A program made the translations under genes and the position numbers. Source: the human T2T-CHM13v2.0 reference genome, Homo sapiens. Taken from it: 64,000 bases of DNA. Position 1 is the first letter of the stretch. The number at the start of each line of letters is the position of its first letter. Shown here piece by piece: positions 36,501 through 49,689 of this stretch. The notes beneath the pieces are model-generated. The model saw only the letters and a program-made list of their open reading frames with translations, was not told where the DNA came from and made no database searches. Location of the stretch: assembly GCF_009914755.1 (NCBI RefSeq), contig NC_060931.1. One strand, 5' to 3'.

Positions 36501-37308
36501 TTAGAGACCCCTGAGTGGATTTCCATTATATATTGGAATATTTATAAATGTGGGTTAGTTTCTTCATGAACTGAGAGAGCCTAGAAACAACTACACCGTA
36601 ATATCAATGCATACAACTAACTTCCAGAACTTGGTGTCTAATACCATTTTTTTCCAATAAAAGACATCAGGGCTCCTTGGGAAAATGGCTGGTTCTAGTA
36701 TTGGGGCAGGAAATACAAAAGATGATCCTAGAGCATCTTGTAATGCCATGGTATAAGGAAGTGCTCAAAAAATTTCACAATCACAGGAATATAGCACAAA
36801 GACACAGGGGAAACTCAAAGAGCTCCTATGACCAAAACTGGAACAATATGAATAATGAAGTAGTTGAGATGGCAGTGGACTATAATACAAAGTGGAAAAT
36901 AACTATCTATGAATTCATACTAATATAGTCATAGCATACATAAATAATTAAGGGATAATACACAAATTTCCCATGCAGAAGGGTTCTGAATAATTTATGT
37001 AGGTTTTCCACCTTAAGAAGTAGAGCTTAACTTCCCACTTTGTAAATGTGGGCTACACTGTAGTGACTTCCTTCCAAAGATTATAGTACAAAAAAAGGCA
37101 TAAAAGAACAACTTTACAGTGAAGAAATCTGACAAACACTATCTCAGACAGCTGATCAAATTTAACGTCAACTTTGTTAAGTTATATTGATAGCATGTCC
37201 CCTTATATGATGTGATGATAATGGCACCTTAATTCTATTGCTTTTTCCACAAACCAGTAACCTGAGTCTAATCACAAGAGAAATATCAGGCAAATCCGTT
37301 TAAGAGAC

Positions 37309-37665
37309 TGATGTGGATTGGCTCTGTGTCCCCACCCAAATCTCACCTTGAAATGTAATAATCCCCATGTGTCAAGGGAGGGACCTAGTGGGAGGTAATT
37401 GAATTATGGGGACAGATTTTCCCCGTGCTGTTCTCATGACAGTGAATAAATCTCATGAGATCTGATGTTTTTATAAAGGGGAATTCCCCCACACATGCCC
37501 TGTTGCCTGCCACCATTTAAGATGTTCCTTTGCTCTTCCTTCGTCTTCTGCCATGATTGTGAGGCCTTCCTAGCCATGTGGAACTGTAAGTGCATTAAGC
37601 CTCTTTCCTTTATAAATTACCCAGTCTTGGTTATGTCTTTATTAGGAGCATAACGATGGACTACA
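37309..37665 (+). mobile_element. THE1B solo LTR inserted in the L1 3'UTR
   Basis: TGATGTGGATTGGCTCTGTGTCCCCACCCAAATCTC...GGACTACA; TSD gagac / gaaac. Confidence 0.9.
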
Positions 37666-39489
37666 GAAACATTTTACAAAATGCTTGAATAGTACTTCTC
37701 AAAACTACCATGGTCATCAAAAATAAGAAAACTCTGAGAAATTGTCATAGCCAAGAGGAGCCTAGCAAAATATGAAAAATAAATGTAATGTGATATCCTG
37801 GATGAGATCTTGAGACAAAAAAGATATTAAATAAAAACTAAGGAAACCTGAATAAAATATTGGCTTTAGTTAATAATACTAATATTGATCCATTAACTGT
37901 GGCCCATGTGCCAAAGGAAGTAAGAGGCTATTAATAAGTGATAGTAGGTTCGGATTTTATGGAAACTCTTGTGTGTGTGCTATTTCCTCAATTTTTCTGC
38001 AAACCTAAAACTTGTCTAAAAACGATATTTAAAGATCAGTAAAGAAAATTGCAAAAGAAAATGTTCATAAATTTGACTGAATAATAGTAGAAATACACGT
38101 GCATAGACCAAAAAACAAAGGGAATAAAAGCATACATAACTGAAGAAAAATACATTGACAAAATATGCTACCATTTTTTCTTAATCAGCATTGCTTTAAA
38201 ATTATTATATTATATAGATATCTACATAAACTGAGACAAAGTTTCTGAAAATAAATGTAAAAATATAAATTAAAACTTTAGTTATATTCATACATTTACC
38301 TAAGTATTCTACTTTAAAATGTCTGACCAAAAATTCTGACATTCTGTCATTATTTTATTACTATTGATAATAAGGATTACTTTAGGAAATTCCACTAAAT
38401 TTGTATCATGGAGTACTATACCTATTAAATTGCCTGAAAATAATTCTTTATGACAAAGGGAGATGCTAATTACACAAATGGCTGTGGTAAGAGTGATATA
38501 TATCAAATGACCCCAAATAAGTATAAACAAAGGACAATGAAATATTTACAGCCTTATTTCAACATGGGTTTTCTTGGGATGTTTGGACTGTGATTGAAGA
38601 TTGTGTTCTCATTTATAATTTCTTGCTCTGAAACCAATTATCATTTTTTTTGTAATAAGGGGGGAAAGGGTAGTGAATGTAAATATTCTAATCTTGAGTT
38701 GAAAGCCCCAGGCCATCCTTTATTAATAATAGATTGTGTCGACAAAATTTTCAGCAGAACCTTTGTCTTAAGATGATTTATTTTTCTCCTGAAAGATCAG
38801 ATATCCTGCCAGAATACAAAATTTATTGCAAATTCCAATGGTCAACCCAACCAGACCTCTGAAGTAAGTAACAATTTGCCTCTATCATCTCTTCACTCCT
38901 CCCTGATCATTGTGTTATCTCTGTTAACTATAGTTTCCCTGCGCCTCCAAGGACCCAGGTGGCTTCCTTCCCAAACCCACAAACTCTAGATAACCCAAGC
39001 ACACATCTGGGACAAGATTTTACAATAAGTATAGAAAAAACAGTGAAGTCCATTTGGATGAATAATAATATAATGCCATGAAATTGGAAAGATATTCAAG
39101 GATTAGAGACAGTGGTGGACTTTGACCTGAGTCTTTAGTGGAAAATACAGTTAGGAAGTTGGTTTGAGAGAAAGTGTGTGTCAAGGGTGAGTCTGCAATA
39201 TTTTTTAGGATACTCAAGTCTTGGGAATTCATTTCTCAACAATAAATTGTTCAGTGCATACTGCATGCAATACTCTTCTGGGCACTGGAAATTAACTAGT
39301 TCAGGTACGTAAGATAGACCAAAACAGAAGAAATATGGTGACAAATACAAGAAATATCTGTAGATGGAATGAGTTTTAAAAAGTCATAGTAAGTACCTTT
39401 ATAAACTAAAAGTAAGGAACAAGAGAAAAGTAAGTATTGAAAACCAAAGAGAAGGTAGTAACCATTGAAAGGAAATTTCACTAGAGAAG

Positions 39490-40214
<725 letters not shown>

Positions 40215-40914
40215 AGAAGGATGTGGTCTGTGGCAAGCTGCTAGATGTTTAACAATGAGACCAGGCTTTGAAGTTCAGATTTTCATGTGTCATAGTCGAT
40301 GACTTTAAATATGAAACAATTAGCAGCATGCCTGGCACAGTGGGTGATTGGTGAAGGGTAACACCATGACCTAGATGCCTAGGAGCAATCCTGTGGGGAG
40401 CAAAGTTGGTTAGCTATATTTACTCGTTTGATGCATGCTGGTTACTGGTTGTCCCCACTTCCTTTTCCAGAATTAAATAAGCCATGCTTCCAATAATCTA
40501 TTTGATTAGTGTTGTCTCCTTCATTTTACTCATTTTCCCGGTGTCTATTCCTCCTCAAACATCTTCATCTCCAACTTGGCTATCTCGGCTGCAGGTGTTC
40601 TCCTCCTCTTGAGAAATAATCTTCAGGGCCTTGGGACAGGAATGCACTTTGAGAAAGCTGGTGTTCTCTTAATAAACTTCTCTCCTAGCTCAGCTAAGAA
40701 TTTCTTGTTCCTAATATTGTGTTCCATTTCCAGTGTGAAGATTGATCTCCTCGGCAGGAAAGACAGAAACCAAATAGGATTTTGAGCAGCTCTGCTTTCC
40801 TACAGTCTGTCTGTTAGTGCTGCACTTGTAGTTACACCTGGAAATAAAGACTGTAGCCAGGTATACAGACTCTGATCTGAGGTCAGCCTGCCTGTAAGAA
40901 ATTGGCAGCACTGC

Positions 40915-41420
40915 TGCTGAGAAGCTTTGCAACCTTAGGCACATTACGTAAAAATTTTGTGCCTTTGTTTTTACCTAATATAAAACAGGAATGATATTAT
41001 CATTACTGGCTATCTAGAGTTTAAAAAATCAAGTTTAAAAGCGTCCAGATGTAAGACCATTTATATGTAATCTCAAATATTGTTACATTCTGGTTTCCCC
41101 AAATCACTTTCATTTTGTTTACTATGGATTTTGAAAATGTACTAATTGATATACTATCAGTAAGATATTATGTTGCATAGGTGGTCAAGCCATCTTTTAT
41201 ATGTTAAGAATTACCTTGATACCTGCTGAATGATTAGGCAAATTACTTTTATTCATTGTGCCTTCATTTCTTCACCTTATAAATGAAGTTAAGAATTCTG
41301 AAAATACTCCTACATATGCCCCATAGTTTTACCAAGACATAAAATACCACATACAAAGTGCTCATCACATTGTCTGCCATATATAAAGCACACAGATATT
41401 AGCAAATGTTACCTGCAAAA
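40915..41420 (+). mobile_element. Two degraded MIR fragments (~40915-41030 and ~41205-41420)
   Basis: 'accttaggcacattac...tgtgcct' and 'ttaggcaaattactt...gtgccttcatttcttcac..tataaatg'. Confidence 0.5.
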
Positions 41421-42414
41421 AAATATTTACTTGAGTGACCCATCCTTAAAATCATTCTTTGGCATCTTCCGATTCTTGGAGTTTTTCCATGTCTTTTTAT
41501 TTTCCTGAAAGCAAAGGACTGCTGTACAGAAATAAAAATTGACACAACTAGAGATATTGAACTCATAATAGTTGCAAGTTTAATAGAGGGGAAGATATGG
41601 GTTTTCATGGAAATTTATAGGCTAATTTTGCCACAAAAGACTTTGAATAAGTATAGAGCTCTTCAATATTCATGAAAATTTTGTTTATATTTATTTCTTT
41701 CATTATTATACTATACATTAAATATTATCATTACAACTCAATAATCATTTAAATGGATGCTTTGCAGTTGATAAATATATTTAAGTAATAAGATGCAAAG
41801 AAAAGTTATGCAATATATAAAGAAGACATTTAAAATTAACATCATAAAATATAACAAAATAGTAAAAATATTAATAAAAAAACCTTCTATGTCCTGCATT
41901 AATATGTCTGTAAAACAGTTGAAGGTGAAGAGAAAAAGGCCATTCCTTTATTTATATTTCCATTGTAGATTTGATGGACATAGAAATTTAGGAACAGTAT
42001 CCTCATTTAATGTGGCAGGTGTTTTGAATAATCAGAAAAGCATTTAAAGAGATTTTCATATTGAAGCATGTAGAGAAGCATGGATTGAAATGAGGAGACA
42101 TAAACAACAAGCTGGGGAAATATTTGGCAAATGAGAGCATCTCAGTTCTTTGCGTGGGTTCTGACAATTCTGTTGATGAACTGCTCCTTTGGAGTGTGTA
42201 GGCTACTCTCCAGCAAGGAGGTTAGCACTTGGAAGACACATTAATCATTGAAGTTTATTGAAGTAACCTACTCCTTCGCTTAGCAACATCTCTTTCCTGG
42301 ATATATTGTGCAGAATGGACAAGCTGCCGGACTTATGGCCTTGTGTGTTGACACATTAAATGTGGGATAGATTTAAAGGGAAGCTATTTCACAGCAGGGT
42401 AAATGAGGAGAGTG

Positions 42415-42600
42415 AATGACAATAAGAACACTTTACTGAGATTTATTATATGCTAATTCCCACAATAAAAACATGGCTGATCTTATTTAAATCTTCCATT
42501 ACTTCTGTGAAATGTGCCCAATTAAAGATGAAGAACTGAGTCTATGAAGACCTTGTAATGGCACCCACCACCTAGCTAGTGAGACGGAGCTTCAGACAAA
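42415..42600 (-). mobile_element. MIR
   Basis: 'tttactgag...tttaaatcttc...agatgaagaactgag'. Confidence 0.55.
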
Positions 42601-43289
42601 TGCCCATGAACATGTTAATATACTGTATTTTACTATAAGGATTTTACATTTTATGCAAAATGTTTACAAATTATCCTCTGAAAATTCTTTAAATACCTAA
42701 CCTATCTATCACCATTTTCAAGTATATACATATAACCTATCTATCACTGTAGGTTACTTTATATTTTATACGTATTTAATATTTATGTGTATATACTTGA
42801 AAATAGTGATAGGTTACATTCGTAAGTATATACATATTTTTCTGCAACAGAATCCCAGATTTGGGGTCATAAATCACCTTTCCCTTCTTATTCAATGTGA
42901 TTTGAGTTTAACAGATACACCTATTCTGAGGTTAATGGGTGTGATTCAGCCAGGGAAATGAGAGGACCAGCTTCCTCTGGTCTCAGGGATCATTTAGATA
43001 TGGGCACGTCTCAATCTTTACCATATGTTAAATAAGGTAAAACATGGAAATGGCACTATATCTGTTGGAATGAAACATGCTCTATTTTCTTCTGCACCCT
43101 TTTTTCTGCATTGCTTAAAATTTATTAATCTGTATTTCTGAAACTTTGCACTGTAGTCCATGAGGAACAGAAAGCTGGTGCTGAGATTTTGATTAAAGAG
43201 AAACACTAGGTTGTGGAGTAACATTACAGGAACACATTTTCTCATTCAATCACATAATCACTGTGAATATCATCAATAAAAGAGACGGT

Positions 43290-44800
43290 GACTGAATTTC
43301 TCTGTGCTTTTCTGGTCCTCATAGTGAGACTCAAAGCTCGATTCTTTGCACACATTTCCAGCACCATTCTACTGTTAGTGCACAGCAGTCATTGTGGGAC
43401 CCCCTTAGACCTGTTTCTTCTCTTTGGTCTTCTGTTTCCTGTTCCCCATATGCTCTTTCAGTGGCACATACACTTCAGTGGCATCCCGATACATGGTGTA
43501 AGGTAACTGCATTTTTGGAGAACTTGACAATGTAAACATATCTCTATTCCGCCCCCACTTGACTCATGCCAGCTGGACATATAATTGTAGGTAGGAAATC
43601 ATCTTTCTTCAGAATTTTGAAGGCATTGCCTTACTGTCTTCTAGCTCTCGTGCTGCTGTTGAGAAGTCTCACCTTTTTCTCCTCTGTGGAAACTTATCAG
43701 ATATCTTTGTCCCAGGTATCACACAATTTCTTAAAGGCACACCTTCCTTTGGGTCTATTTAGAACTCTATTTTGGACAATTTGTGGAACCTTTCAACCTT
43801 CCTATTTATGACCTTAAATTTTGGGGCATTATTTTAAATTGTTTATTGTAACATTTTAAAATTTTGTTTCTTTCTGGAACTTGTATTATTTGAATGCTGA
43901 TGGTCATTGCTTATCCTTTCATTCTTTACTTTGAAAAAAAATTCTAATTCTTCTTTACCATTTCTGTAGCTTTGTGCTTTGTTTTCTGGAATATTTTATC
44001 AATCATATTCCAATCTTCTTTTGATTTTATATTTACTTTATTATTAAAGATGTCTTTAAAAATTGTTCAATAGTTCCTTTTGTTCTTAAGTGTTAACTTT
44101 AAAAAATCTTGTTATTAATGATAGTTTCCAAAACTGTCTTCTCTTTGTAGTTTTTTATTTCCTTTATGTCACAATTTTTTTCCACTTCTTTAAACCCCTA
44201 TCTTCCTAAAAAGAGACTTTGCTAATATATCTGGCAAAACTTGATGTCTTCTACTGAGTTAAGAGTAAGAAACTGAAAAGCTGACATAATGTTCTGAACA
44301 TATGGACAAGAGGATGGCTTCTATCTCTGAACTTCACATAGTGTGACTGAGGAGGCTCTTCTGTTGGGGAATCTTTGTTTCTCTCAGACAAGGCTGAGTT
44401 CGCTAGAGAAGAGTGTTTCAGTCTGTGTGTGGATAGCGAATCTAATTTCCATTGTTTTGGAACTTGAGTGGTAGGAAGGTGCTGGGGGAACAACACTTAG
44501 CACACATGTGGACACATGATCCTCTTGGTTTAGCTGTGGTACGTTGGCCTCATCTGCACCTAGGGTGCCAAATAGGGAGACCATCTGTATTATCTTCTTT
44601 AGGGAACACTCCAAATGTTTATTGCAGGGGAAAGGACAGTCACCAAGCAGCATGGAAGAGTGAAGGTTTTTTGTGATCTTCTCAAACAGCTTTCACCTAT
44701 TCCTTCTTATTTTAGGTTCTTGGTGCTTCTATTTTGAGTGCCTTAATGATTCTATGGGGAATATAATGATTGTCAACTAACCTCTGATAGTGGTAGTTCA
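43290..44800 (-). mobile_element. Ancient HAL1 / L1ME ORF1-region fragment
   Basis: 'ggaaatcatctttcttcagaattttgaaggcattgcc..ctgtcttctagct..gtgctgctgttgagaagtct' followed by a T-rich antisense ORF1-like stretch. Confidence 0.6.
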
Positions 44801-44921
44801 GAACTGCTAAGCTAGTTAGGACCTGTCTATCTGCCTCCCAGATAAAAGGTGTTATCTCCTCTCCTGCAGTTGCGTCCTCTCCTGTAGTTGTGTCCTCTCC
44901 TGTTCTCTCTTCTACTGCTGC

Positions 44922-45283
44922 TGTAGACACCCCTCAAGATTAACATACTAAAGTCCTAACCCTCAAGATGACTGTATTTGGAGATAGGGTCTTGGGAGGT
45001 AATCAAGGATAAAAGAGGTCATAAATTGTGGGACCCTAATCTGATAGGACTCGTAGAGTTTTAAGAAGAGTAAGAGAGACACCAGAGCTTTCTCTCTCTG
45101 CCACATGAGGACACAGCAAGATGACAGCCATCTGCAAATCAAGGACAGCCCTTACCAAACACCATCCCTGCAGGCACCTTGATCTTGGACTTTCAGTCTC
45201 CAGAGTGTGAAGAAATAAATTTATGTTATTTAAGCCACCCAGTTTATGGTATGTTATTATGGAAGACTAAAAAAACTAATACA
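44922..45283 (+). mobile_element. MLT1A-like MaLR solo LTR
   Basis: 'gactgtatttggagatagggtctt...gaaataaattt.tgtt.tttaagccacccagtttatggta...actaataca'. Confidence 0.85.
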
Positions 45284-47446
45284 GTGGCATTATGACATTT
45301 TATAAAAATATCTACTTACTTGTAAAATACATAAACTAATATGTATTTGTAAAATACATAAACTATATATATAAAACTATATATATAGTATTAATATATT
45401 ACTCTGAATTTCTTCTACCTGTATTTTGCTTTCTTTTCAAGTGAGGTCTACTGTAAATATCTATTATGTGATAGACAGATGTATATTTACTAACTATGGT
45501 GAAGGTTTGGGAAGAAATGAGACCAGATGTCTGTATTCAAAGTGATGTATTAATCTAGATCCCATAAATACATGTTATTAAACCTGTGTATGTTGATACA
45601 TTGTTGGGGTGTGTTTTAAATGTATTTTTAATTGATAATGATGTTTAATTTTATCAGGTGCTTAGATTGCAGTGATTGAATTGAAGCTCTAAAAATGTAT
45701 TAAGAGATTGAATTTGACTATATTTAAGCAAATGTTGAAAAGAAAGTGGCAGCTAAATTTTACTGAAGAAAATAGCAACTAAATTTTACTGAGTACCTGT
45801 TGTGACTGATACCATTAACATATAGATGTGTCATGTCAGCATTCTAACTACCTAAGTGGTATTTAACACATAATAGATGCTCAACAAATATTTCTGAAAT
45901 TTAGATTGTGATAAATGAATAAGGATAGATGTTACATTCAGATAGACCCAAAGCTGTTCCCTTAATTCTTCCTCCTTACCATGACCTTCCTGGCTGTAAT
46001 CACAGTTGTTGCCTTTTGATGAACTTCCCAGCTTTTCTCTAGATTTGCTCTGGTTTTGGTGGGGGTATGGTATGGTCAAGTGAAGGCAATTTTTATATCC
46101 CCTTGTGTGACTTTTGCTCACACACTTACAAAAATCTAGCCAATATTTGAAAGCTAATATCTAAATACATTTCTTTTTTCTTGATCTTTCTCCTTACTAC
46201 AAGATGGAAGCTGATTACTTGCAGTTCCAAATAACTCATTTTCTATTAAAAGTCAGATAGTCTAATTGTGTGAACTAGGACAAGTTAGTCAGCATCTCTG
46301 AAACTCAAGTTCTTTCTCTGTAAATATGCACGATTAGATATGTCTTACACGACATTCAGATGATTAATGAAAATGACATTTAAGAATATATTTTAAGGAT
46401 TAGTCACCAAATAGGATCTTTATTAATTATTCTGGAAGTAATGACAGGCATGTTTCTTTTTTTCTTAAACTTTCTGAAAAATATTGTAATTCTATGCAGT
46501 GCTCCAATGATAATTCAATGTATTACTGAGTTTCTTCTACCTGTATTTTGCTTTCTCTTCAAGTGAGGTGTCTTGCTCATTGCACTGGGAAACATTTGGG
46601 TATCAGGACGAAAAGAAGCAATGGAGTTCATGAAAACTTTGTCATCAAAGGCAATAGCCTCCTGAATGAATTAAGCCTATTGTACCTGGAAGTATCAGGA
46701 GGAAAGGGAGTCTTGAATTTCCTCGTGTGTGTGATTGTGTGTGTGTGTTTGTGTGGTGCACACGTGTTTATTGGTGGTGGTAATGTTTTTATAAGACTGA
46801 GGAGAGGCAGATTTTCCTCCTTCCGGTGAATTTGGAAGTCTATTTCCTTGACTTACCTCCAGGAAGAGGTAGGTCCTAAGGATACTTAGTGCTCTCTTCA
46901 CTTCAGAGTCTGTGCATGCCTCTCCGCCTCTTGTTTGCCCCCTTAGCCTTGCACACGCTTCTGTAAGTGACACTTTTCTTCATCCTTCTTCATCTTCTTC
47001 ATTATAGTAAGGCAAACATGATGGTTTTTGTGGGAGTGTGGTATGGCCAAGTGTTTCTACCCAGTTATGTATTTTTCCTCATTTTCCAAATACTACCTAG
47101 TTCATAGGGATTATTATATAACCCTATGAAGTGGAGAGATCTAAAAAGTATTTAAAATTGAATATATAACCAAACTATCAAAATGAGAGGTTAAAATTAG
47201 TTTTCAAATGTGTTGAAAAAAAACAAAATTGTGTTTGAATAAATAAATTTGTAATTTCAAATCTATATCCACTCCATACTAGAAGTATTCAAATAGCATA
47301 AGAGTATTAATCATTAAACAAACAAAAAGTACATGATTATAATCATTAAACAAACAAAAAGTACATTCATAGTACCTAGTACAATACCTTAGGCATATTA
47401 TTTGCCAAGTAAATAGTAGCTGTTCTTCTTAGATTTTTATCTTATA

Positions 47447-47647
47447 TAGTAAGTCCTCACTTAACCTCATCAAGAAGTTCTTGGAAATTGTGACTTTAAG
47501 TGAAACAATGTAGTGTGCAAGGAAAGCAGCCTTACCATAGGCTAATTGATATAAACAAGAGTTAAGTCCTATGGTAGACAGTACATTGTTTCACTTAAAG
47601 TTGCAGTTTCCAGGAACCTATCAACAAAATAAAATGAGGACTTACTA
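47447..47647. mobile_element. MER97-like MITE with long terminal inverted repeats, TA-flanked
   Basis: IR 47444-47459 / 47635-47650 is perfect over 16 bp including flanks; inner IR 47477-47512 / 47582-47617 matches 32/36. Confidence 0.85.
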
Positions 47648-48765
47648 TATTGTGATAAGCAATCGTACAAATAATTTACTGTCTGTATTAAGAAAAAAGA
47701 TAGTGGGCTACATCCACTTACTTAACTGAGAAAGTTACATGGAAGCTGTTCCAGGAGCCAGATACAGGTTGAGGCAGTGGTAAATGTGGACTCTTCCTCA
47801 CTTTGATTCTGAGGTGATACAGAGCCAGAAAGTCAGGTGGTCAGTTGTATTAGTCTTTACTTGGATGGTTACAGCTTTAATTATCTTTATTATAGATCTT
47901 TAATGTTAAATTGAGTCATCTTACAGAGCTATTTAGAATCGTTTTCTTGATATTGCCTCAAGTGTATGTGAATACTGATTCATATATGATGTGGTATATC
48001 ACGTGCAATAATAATACCATGTGTGCTATGAGGCAGCAGGTAATAAAAGGGATGGTGGGTTTTGCTGGATAAGAGGAAGATGACCACATGATATGCTATG
48101 AATAGCAGGACTGAATTTAACTCTGTCTTAGTGTGGGAGAGAGCTGGCTCATCTGTCTAGGCCTCTGTTATCTGTAACAGTGTAATAATACTTTTCACAG
48201 AAGCTAACTTCCTGACAAGCTCACTGCCTTTTCTCAGTGAGGGCTTTTGAGTTCTGTATGATTTTCAAAATGAAAACTGTGGGTGAGAAATCCACCACTA
48301 TTACCTAAGATGCCTATCCACAGTGCACTTAAATAATGCAGTTTTTTAACCATAAGTTATTGAGACACCATATAATATTGTAATAATAATCTTAATTCAG
48401 TAAGTGAAAGTGTCTTTCAGCCACAAAATAATTCCTTTCGTTTACAAAGCCTTTTCATGGAGTTGCCTGACAAACTCCAGAGGTTAACTGGCAATCACAT
48501 CTCCAGTCGACCTCAGGATGTACACACTCCATTCCCTTTGAATGCTGAACTAACCGACTGATTATGGTAGGTCATCTGACCAAGAAGTGCTTGTTAATAA
48601 ATCACTTTTACATTAAAGACACTGATGAATTCCAAATACTGAAGGAAAAAAAAAGTGTATGTTTTCTTTGTCACGTCTGAGAAAAGATGCACAATGAAAC
48701 AGCTGTTTAATATTGGATGAGTCACAGTGTATGCAGATGAAGGGTGCTCCTCAACTAGTGGTGCC

Positions 48766-49376
48766 TGTGAGAAGCAAACTTACCTGTCCAAACCCAAAGA
48801 ATGGACTTAGAGACCCCGAGAATGGTAAAGGTGAGACTTTCAATGATGGTCTTGCAAGATCAGGTGCCTGAGAGGCAGGCACACCTAGCACAGTTTCAGC
48901 AAACAGTTTATCCCCTAATGCGCAGGTCCCTCCCCTGGTTCCTTATAGACTGAGTATATGGAGTTACAATCTTTCTGGACATTGCCTATTGATTGTTGGA
49001 TAGAGGCTTTAGGTGTTTTTTAGGGTTGTCTTGTTCTTTTTTTTTTTTTTTTTTTTTTGCAACCCACAATGCATTGCAATCCTAGTTAGCTCAAGGCTTC
49101 TTTAAGTATTTGACTTATGACCTAAGCAACTGCGCAGGCTGATAAGAACAGGAAAAGTGAATTATTTTTCAGGCTAGTAAACTTCTATCTTTGACTAAAC
49201 TTCTTTGGTTCAGGTGAAGGCAACTAAGAGGGGGCGGGAAAGGGGAGGCCAACAAGCAAGTATTGGCTGTCCAAGCTGGGGCCTCGTATATCCTGTTTCC
49301 TCTGTAGTTGGCTGACCTAAGCCGATTCAAGGCACTTTGTCTTGGAAATGGACCACTGTATGCATTATTTCCTTCA
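48766..49376 (-). mobile_element. ERVL-class solo LTR (LTR18-like)
   Basis: Reverse complement starts TGAAGGAAATAATGCATACAGTGGTCCATTTCCAAGAC and ends ...CTCACA; 5-bp TSD gtgcc / atgcc. Confidence 0.75.
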
Positions 49377-49689
49377 ATGCCCAACTAGAAGCAGGAGGAA
49401 TACACTCTACACTCTTTGCAGACAGCATTCCCACAGCAGTCAGATCAGGCTAGGTGATTTCTGTAGTCTGCAATATTTGCAAGTCTGTGTGATTCTGAAA
49501 TGGGAGATCTACTTAGACATAATATTGCATTGACTCTGACATATGCATTCTCTAATTAAAAATTAAATTCTATCTATTATATTAAAATACAAATTGAGTT
49601 GAAAAATAAAACAACAAAAACAGAGCATATAAGTTTATTTTCTCTACTGGTCTGTGAACACGTCTTCTGAAGTTAGAATGTCTGAACTA

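Larger units (their letters stand above)
32360..38030 (+). mobile_element. Long decayed L1MC3/L1MD-type element (5'UTR, ORF1, partial ORF2, long 3'UTR) with internal deletions and nested LTRs
   Basis: Colinear ORF1-like (33555-34260), ORF2-like (34280-35800, e.g. 'ttcatgttcatggattggaaaacataatatt') and L1MC/MD 3'UTR (35800-38030) segments. Confidence 0.75.

Noticed and set aside
46851-46973. Consensus minus-strand splice donor GAG|GTAAGT (46859-46851) within ORF 46695..46973, as an exon
   Set aside because: The nearest upstream AG lacks a polypyrimidine tract, and isolated consensus donors occur by chance. A lncRNA first exon cannot be excluded without transcript data.
48698-48724. E-box (AACAGCTG) next to an AP-1 site (TGAGTCA) as an enhancer
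   Set aside because: Short motifs are expected by chance many times in 64 kb, and no conservation evidence is available.
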